DNA of 64,000 nt from Octopus sinensis (taxonomy: Eukaryota). The notes beneath the pieces are model-generated. The model made no database searches, was not told the DNA's origin, and saw nothing but the letters and a program-made list of their open reading frames with translations. Location of the stretch: positions 167,214,001 through 167,278,000 of the forward strand of contig NC_042997.1 of assembly GCF_006345805.1 (NCBI RefSeq), read 5' to 3'. Positions 57,485 to 64,000 of the stretch are shown here, one piece after another. Made by a program: the position numbers and the translations under genes. Each line of letters opens with the position of its first letter. Within the stretch, counting starts at the first letter, position 1.

Positions 57485-58504
57485 GTGCATCCTTTGACCA
57501 AGTTTGCATACATGAGGCTGATAATTTCATAAGACTTATAAGGCAGCTCCTTCAGCAACACTGATAACCTAGAATACATGTCCAAAGAAATCGCACGACT
57601 CTACCGCAACGTATCATCTGATGAAAGGATGAGCCTATATGAGCAGACGACTATGCATGGATATGTCAGTAGAAAGTTCCGTGATGATAGTAACATCGAT
57701 CATCAAAGCAGTTTATCATGGACCAATAGCTGGATTACTGCCTCACACTTTTAAGGGTATGTGTTTGCAATTCAGGAACAGGAAATATTAACGAAGTAAC
57801 AGATGAACAAAAGGGATAGAGATGCAGGAAAAGCCGTAAAATGTGACAACCAACGCAGACTTTGTGGAGTTCACACTGAAGATACCACCCACATCATAAG
57901 CAGTTGCCCGAAAATGTCATCACGATATTATCCACCGATGAGACACGATGTAGCTAGACACTCTATAATGAAATCCGTCGGAAGGATAATCCCGAGGACA
58001 AAGAAATAAGAGCCTACAATATGGTAGAAGCCATAGCCAATCATAATAAAAAGGAATACTGGTGGAATGTAGCAGTGAAGACCTCAATAAAATGTAAGCA
58101 TAATAGACCTGATTTGGGCTAGAGAAGAGAAACTGTGCACAGTTGTGGAAATTAGCTGACCTGCAGATGTTAACACAAAGCTTAAGATCAGTTAAAAAAG
58201 AGAGCACCTATGCTGAATTATTGAGAAATCTGCAGTTACTCTATCCAGATTACAAGTTCAGGTTCATACCTCTCATCATTGGGGCCCTGGGATATGTGAC
58301 TCACTGCCTAAATACCAATCTTGAGAAATTAGGCTTCTCAAAACCAGAAAAGAGAAAGCTAATTCGAAGACTACAGATTCAATCCAGCGCTGGAACTGCA
58401 AAAATTCTGAGAAACTTTCCTGAATTTTATCATTTAAATATGAGCATCTCTAGATGTACAACTATATGCATGAGAATATATACATAAAACATACAAATTT
58501 GCAC
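57485..58504 (+). mobile_element. Tandem duplicate of 56401-57420 (offset 1084)
   Basis: Track ORFs are identical at +1084. Confidence 0.9.
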
Positions 58505-58534
58505 ATACATACAAACATACATACATACATACAT

Positions 58535-58860
58535 GGCTCAGTGGTTAGAGCGTCGAGCTTACGATCGTGAGGTTGGGAGCTCGAATCCCGGACCGGGCTA
58601 CGTGTTGTGTTCTCGAGCAAGGCACTTTATTTCACGTTGCTCCAGTTCACTCAGCTGTAGAAATGAGTTGCGACGTCACAGGTGCCAAGCTGTATCGACC
58701 TTTGTCTTTCCCTTGGATAACACTGGGGGCGTGGAGAGGGGAGGCCGGTATGCATGGGCGACTGCTGGCCTTCCATAAACAACCTTGCCCGGACTTGTGT
58801 CTAGGAGGGTAACTTTCTAGGTGCAATCCCATGGTCATTCATGACCGAAGGGGGTCTTTT
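58535..58860 (+). mobile_element. tRNA-derived SINE inserted in (CATA)n
   Basis: ggctcagtggttagagcg...gctcgaatccc, same family as 19129. Confidence 0.8.
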
Positions 58861-59538
58861 ACATACATACATACATACATACAACATACATACATACATA
58901 CATACATACATACAAAACCGCTTTGCGCGGGGAGGATTGTCCTGATGGACATATCAAGAGACACACCTGAACCAGAAAGTATCCACATATTTTTAAAAAA
59001 GCATACTGGTGGATATTCCAATGACAAAATCAGGTGTAAGCACACCTGATCAGATATTGCTGTATGAGACGGAACAAATGACATCTTATTTCCTTATTGC
59101 TCACAAGGGGCTAAACATAGAGAGGTCAAACAAGGACAGACAAAGGGATTAAGCCTATTACATTTACCCCAGTGTGTAACTTGTACTTAATTTATCGACT
59201 CCGAAAAGATGAAAGGCAAAGTCGACCTCGGCGGTATGTCAGAAGAAATTACATCTGCAGCTGTAGAGATCAGTTGGCCGGCGGCTGTGAATATCTTGTC
59301 AAAAGATGTGGAGAACAACTATTGAGAAATAATAAATAATTTATAGATTTTAATTTGTATTTGTATCATACATGTACAAGGCACTAATAAAAGTTCTACA
59401 TAAATACGTCCAAAAATGAACAGGGCAGATTTGCGATCTCAAAATATGATCGATTAACGATTCAGCGAAAAACATTCCATGGATTCTCCATTTAAGCTCC
59501 TGGGCGAATACACGCACACAATCGCATATACATGTGGA

Positions 59539-59612
<74 letters not shown>

Positions 59613-59952
59613 ACATACATAAATAGCAATGAAGCACCCGTACGTACATCCACTACACGAATGCAAGTCTATCCAAGTCAACACATATGCATTCACACAC
59701 ACGCGCACACACACACACACACAGACGCACGCACGCACACACGTACACAGAGTAGCCCACTGAGATAACTTCAAATCCCAAGAGTTGTCTTGATTTAAAC
59801 AAAAATTCCCTATTTTGTCAGTGGTCGGCTTGAATTCTGTAAATGAAAAAGAATTAAATTCAATATATTCCCAAAGAAGTAAACGTCCACACACACACAA
59901 GCTTAAAGTACTTACATACATACATTAAGTGCATGCACACACAAACATAATA

Positions 59953-60519
59953 TTGGGTTGTCCGGAAAATTCGTGCCGATTTATAGCAGCTTACCTTTCG
60001 ACTTGTTTTAGAACATGGTTGAGTCCATAAAATAGGATTTGATTACACCTCCATTTAGAGCACAATTTACGCTATCTTTTCGAGGAAGAAGGTTTATGTT
60101 TCTATAACCTGTGTTAATTCTCTAACCCTTTAAAATAGAAGATAAGAAAGTTCATTTTCGGCACTTGATGCTTTAGGAACCAGACAAAAATTGCTGCATC
60201 TTGGCTGGGATGTGTTACCTCACCCTCCATATTCACCGGATATTGCTCCTTCGGATTTCCACTTATTCAGGTCTCTGCAGAATGGTCTTAATGGTAAAAA
60301 TTTCAATTCCTTGGATGACGTAAAAAGACACCTTGATGAATTCTTTACCATGAAACCACATCAATTCTGGGAAGAGGGTATTTTCAAGTTGAAGGAAAGA
60401 TGGAAACGCATTGTGCAACAAAATGGTTCATATTTGGTTGATTAGAAATGTAATGGCAAGTATTTATTCACCTTTTTTTTCCCCTTTAAAATTCGGCACG
60501 AACTTTCCGGACAACCCAA
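59953..60519 (+). mobile_element. Internally deleted mariner with intact ~30-bp TIRs and TA TSD
   Basis: TA|ttgggttgtccggaaaattcgtgccg...cggcacgaactttccggacaacccaa|TA. ORF LGWDVLPHPPYSPDIAPSDFHLF. Confidence 0.92.
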
Positions 60520-60654
60520 TAGATATATACGTGTGTATGTGTGTGTGTGTATGTATGTATGTATGTATGTATGTATGTATGTATGTATGTATGTATGTAT
60601 GTATGTATGTATGTATGTACGTATGTATGTGTATATATATTTTTGTTTTTCAAC

Positions 60655-60860
60655 ATGTGATCTCTTGAGCACCACCAGCAAAAATATTTTTTTCCTCTGT
60701 CTTCCCTTCTCGGGATCTTTCCTTTTCCTTTGTTTCCGACGAAGAGCTCCGTTGGAAACGTTAAACCCGCCTTCCCATCTTTCCTGAGCGTCAAATAATA
60801 CTTTAATTGTTCCTCGCGTTGCTGTGTTTTTTTTCTGTGTTTTCTTGTTTGGATTAACTA
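60655..60860 (+). mobile_element. Penelope-tail-like fragment with a decayed HHR
   Basis: gttt ccgacga agagctccgttg gaa acgt t aaac. Ends in (TA)n. Confidence 0.45.
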
Positions 60861-60868
60861 TATATATA

Positions 60869-60932
<64 letters not shown>

Positions 60933-61536
60933 ATATATAATTTTTATATAACAGGCACAAAACCTCAAATTTGAAAGAAGATTATAATCGATGATACCAA
61001 CCGTAGTACTTTAATACTTCATTTTATTGATCTCGGAAGGATGAAAGATAAAACAGAATTTCAGTTAATAAAATTGGTGGATTTGAACTCAAAGCATAAA
61101 GAGACCGTACTATACATATTATACGACAAACACAATAATAACGCTTTTCCATTTTATATCCCACGTTTTTTAAACAATGCACAATTTACTTGAGTAACGA
61201 GTTATTTTAACCTGCTTTTAGCTTCTGTAAATCACACTTTTATCTATGCTACACACTCATCTGTAAATACACATTTTTCTACACAGTTATTATCACACTT
61301 ATCTGTAAGTCAAAGTTATATCTGTTACACGCAAGTATACACACTATATTTTGAACTGTTCCCTTTATATAGAACAGACATGTTTCTGTGTTCAATTTAT
61401 GAGACATAAGCAATCTTCACAGCACCCTTTCTTCAACACTGTCGTCGTGTTTCTTCAGTTTTTTTTTCCCACTCTGAACTTTCTTTGATCCTTTCTGCTA
61501 TAACCCACCCCTGTTCTGCCTTCATTTCTTCGTTGA

Positions 61537-61571
<35 letters not shown>

Positions 61572-61950
61572 GAAATTAGTAGCAGTGTTATTAAAAGTAG
61601 CAGTAGTAGTATTATCAATATTATTTTGTTTTGTTATATTTTCCCTCTGTGAACAGGAACAAACTGTTGTAAGTAGCATTAATAATAAAATATTTGTATA
61701 TTTGTAAACCGCAGGCTTCTTCATCGCTCTCTCTCTCTCTCGTCCGCCCTCCCTCTCTCGCCCTCCTCTCTCTTTCTCGCCCTCTCTCTCCCTCTTGCCG
61801 ACCCTCTCGCTCTCTCGCCCTCTTACTCTCTTCAACAAGTGTTGGTCGCATTTATACATACAAATTCATATTTATCTCAACAGTATCTCTGATCATCATA
61901 TTTTTTTTGCGTTTATATATGTGTGTGTATAAAGATATATAAGTATGTGT

Positions 61951-61988
<38 letters not shown>

Positions 61989-61994
<6 letters not shown>

Positions 61995-62070
61995 CACGCG
62001 CGCACACATACGTACATAGATGCAAATAGACAAACACAAAAGCATACACACACCACACAAATACACACAC

Positions 62071-62113
<43 letters not shown>

Positions 62114-62190
62114 GCGCGCACACATACGTACATAGATGCAAATAGACAAACACAAAAGCATACACACACCACACAAATACACACACATTA
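61989..62190. repeat. ~116-bp tandem duplication bounded by (TA)n
   Basis: tgtacacgcgcgcacacatacgtacatagatgc...cacattatata occurs twice. Confidence 0.85.
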
Positions 62191-62613
62191 TATATATATA
62201 TATAGTGTCATGACGTTTGATAAGATGGACGTGTCCTACACGCCCACGTAACTTTAAATCGTGTGAACCTGAGCCAAATTGTTATTAAAAATATATGTAA
62301 TTCCAGCCAAATATATTAAGGGCTAATTTCTCTTGTTTGTTCCCCCACTTGTACAAACACAAACACACACACACACAAACACACGCACAGATACACACAC
62401 ACACACGCACGCATATACACAAAATGTTTAAATTTTGGACTAAAACTTCGAATCTAATCGCTCCGATACACAATACTAAGTAATTGAGGCGGAACCGGTT
62501 TCTAGAAAAGGTTGATTATCCTTGATTGGTGATGAGACTCTTCATTTGCAAGTTCGAATGGTTACGGCGGAGTATGTACCTTGGAAACTGGCCAGAGTTG
62601 CTGAACGAGGAAA

Positions 62614-62665
62614 AGGATGACATCACGATGGAAAGGATGACGTCACGATGGAAAAGATGACGTCA
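62614..62665. promoter_or_regulatory. Three 20-bp repeats carrying CRE-like sites
   Basis: TGACATCA at 62618, TGACGTCA at 62638 and 62658. Confidence 0.3.
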
Positions 62666-62740
62666 CTCAGCTTTTAAGAAAAAAACGTGCCAGGAAGGAG
62701 AGAGAGAGAGAGCGACAGACAGACACACTGAAATGAAAAA

Positions 62741-63160
62741 GATGTGGCTGTGTGACGAGAAGTTTGCTTTCCAACCACATGTTTTCGGGTTCGGTCCCAC
62801 AGCGTGGCACCTTGGGCTAGTGTCTGTAATTATAGCCTCGGGCAGACCAAAGCCTTGTGAGTGAAATTGGTAAACGGTACTGAAAGAATCCGTCGCATGT
62901 GTGTGTATGTGTGTGTGCGTGTGTTTGTGTATGAGTGTGTGTATGTGTGTGTGTGTGTGTGTGTATGTGTGTGTGTGTGTATGAGTGTGCGTGTGTCCCA
63001 CCACTGCTTGACAACTGGTATTGTGTTTACGTCCCCGTAAGTTAGTGGTCCGGCAAAAAAGTACTAGGGTTGATTCATTCGACTAAAAAAAAACTTCAAG
63101 GTGGTGCTCCAGCATGGCCGCAATCTAATGACTAAAACAAGTAAAAGGTAAAAGAGAGAC
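62741..63160 (+). mobile_element. CORE-like tRNA SINE, degenerate
   Basis: Same family as 35585. Confidence 0.7.
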
Positions 63161-63209
63161 AAACAGGTGAATGAGAAATCTCCGTAACCGCACACTGATT
63201 TGGAGTCAT

Positions 63210-63378
63210 GGCGCAGGAGTGGCTGTGTGGTAAGTAGCTTGTTTACCAACCACACGGTTCCGGGTTCAGTCCCACTGCGTGCTACCTACCTTGGGCAAGT
63301 GTCTTCTACTATAGCCTCGGGCCGACCAAAGCCTTGTGAGTGGATTTGGTAGACGGAAACTGAAAGAAGCCCGTCGTA

Positions 63379-63450
<72 letters not shown>

Positions 63451-63678
63451 TGTGTGTGTTTGTGTGTCTGTGTTTGTCCCCCTAGCATTGCTTGACAACC
63501 GATGCTGGTGCGTTTATGTCCCCGTTACTTAGCGGTTCGGCAAAAGAGACCGATAGAATAAGTACTGGGCTTACAAAAGAATAAGTCCCGGGGTCGAGTT
63601 GCTCGATTAAAGGCGGTGCTCCAGCATGGCCGCAGTCAAATGACTGAAACAAGTAAAAGAGTAAAAGAGTAAAAGAGA
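63210..63678 (+). mobile_element. CORE-like tRNA SINE
   Basis: Full-length copy of the 35585 family with an internal (TA)n. Confidence 0.8.
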
Positions 63679-63810
63679 TGTGTTGCTAATTAAGTGCAGT
63701 ACGTTCTTTGTGTGTGTTTGTGTGTGTAAGTGTTGTGGATATGTATATATTTGTGTGCAGGCGTCTACGTGTGTGTATGCCTATTCGCTTTTGATATTCA
63801 TACATAATCA

Positions 63811-64000
63811 GGCGCAATAGCCCAGTGGTTAGGGCAGCGGACTCGCTGTCATAGGATCGCGGTTTCGATTCCCAGACCGGGCGTTGTGAGTGTTTATTGA
63901 GCGAAAACACCTAAAGCTCCACGAGGCTCCGGCAGGGATGGTGGTGATCCCTGCTGCACTCTTTCACCACAACTTTCTCTCACTCTTACTTCCTGTTTCT
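63811..64000 (+). mobile_element. tRNA-derived SINE running off the window end
   Basis: tagcccagtggttagggc...ggtttcgattccc, same family as 26610. Confidence 0.75.

Overview
AT-rich, microsatellite-saturated eukaryotic DNA that looks intronic or intergenic. The tRNA-headed SINE families and repeat content suggest an octopus/cephalopod genome (inference). No host protein-coding exon could be supported, and most ORFs in the track are microsatellite or antisense artefacts. The window is mostly mobile DNA: Penelope-like retroelements with hammerhead ribozyme (HHR) motifs, R4/Dong-type RLE LINEs sitting in (TAA)n and (CATA)n tracts, CR1/L2 and RTE remnants, mariner, maT, Chapaev3 and Helitron DNA transposons, MITEs and many SINEs. 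The standout is a 3.5-kb array of ~450-bp units (14443-17959). Each unit carries a minimal type I hammerhead ribozyme, and the array is two head-to-head arms inserted in (TA)n, making it a candidate retrozyme/circRNA system. Two other HHR-bearing fold-back insertions (1391-4813, 20525-20945) share the same tails-out geometry. Coordinates of degenerate elements are approximate.
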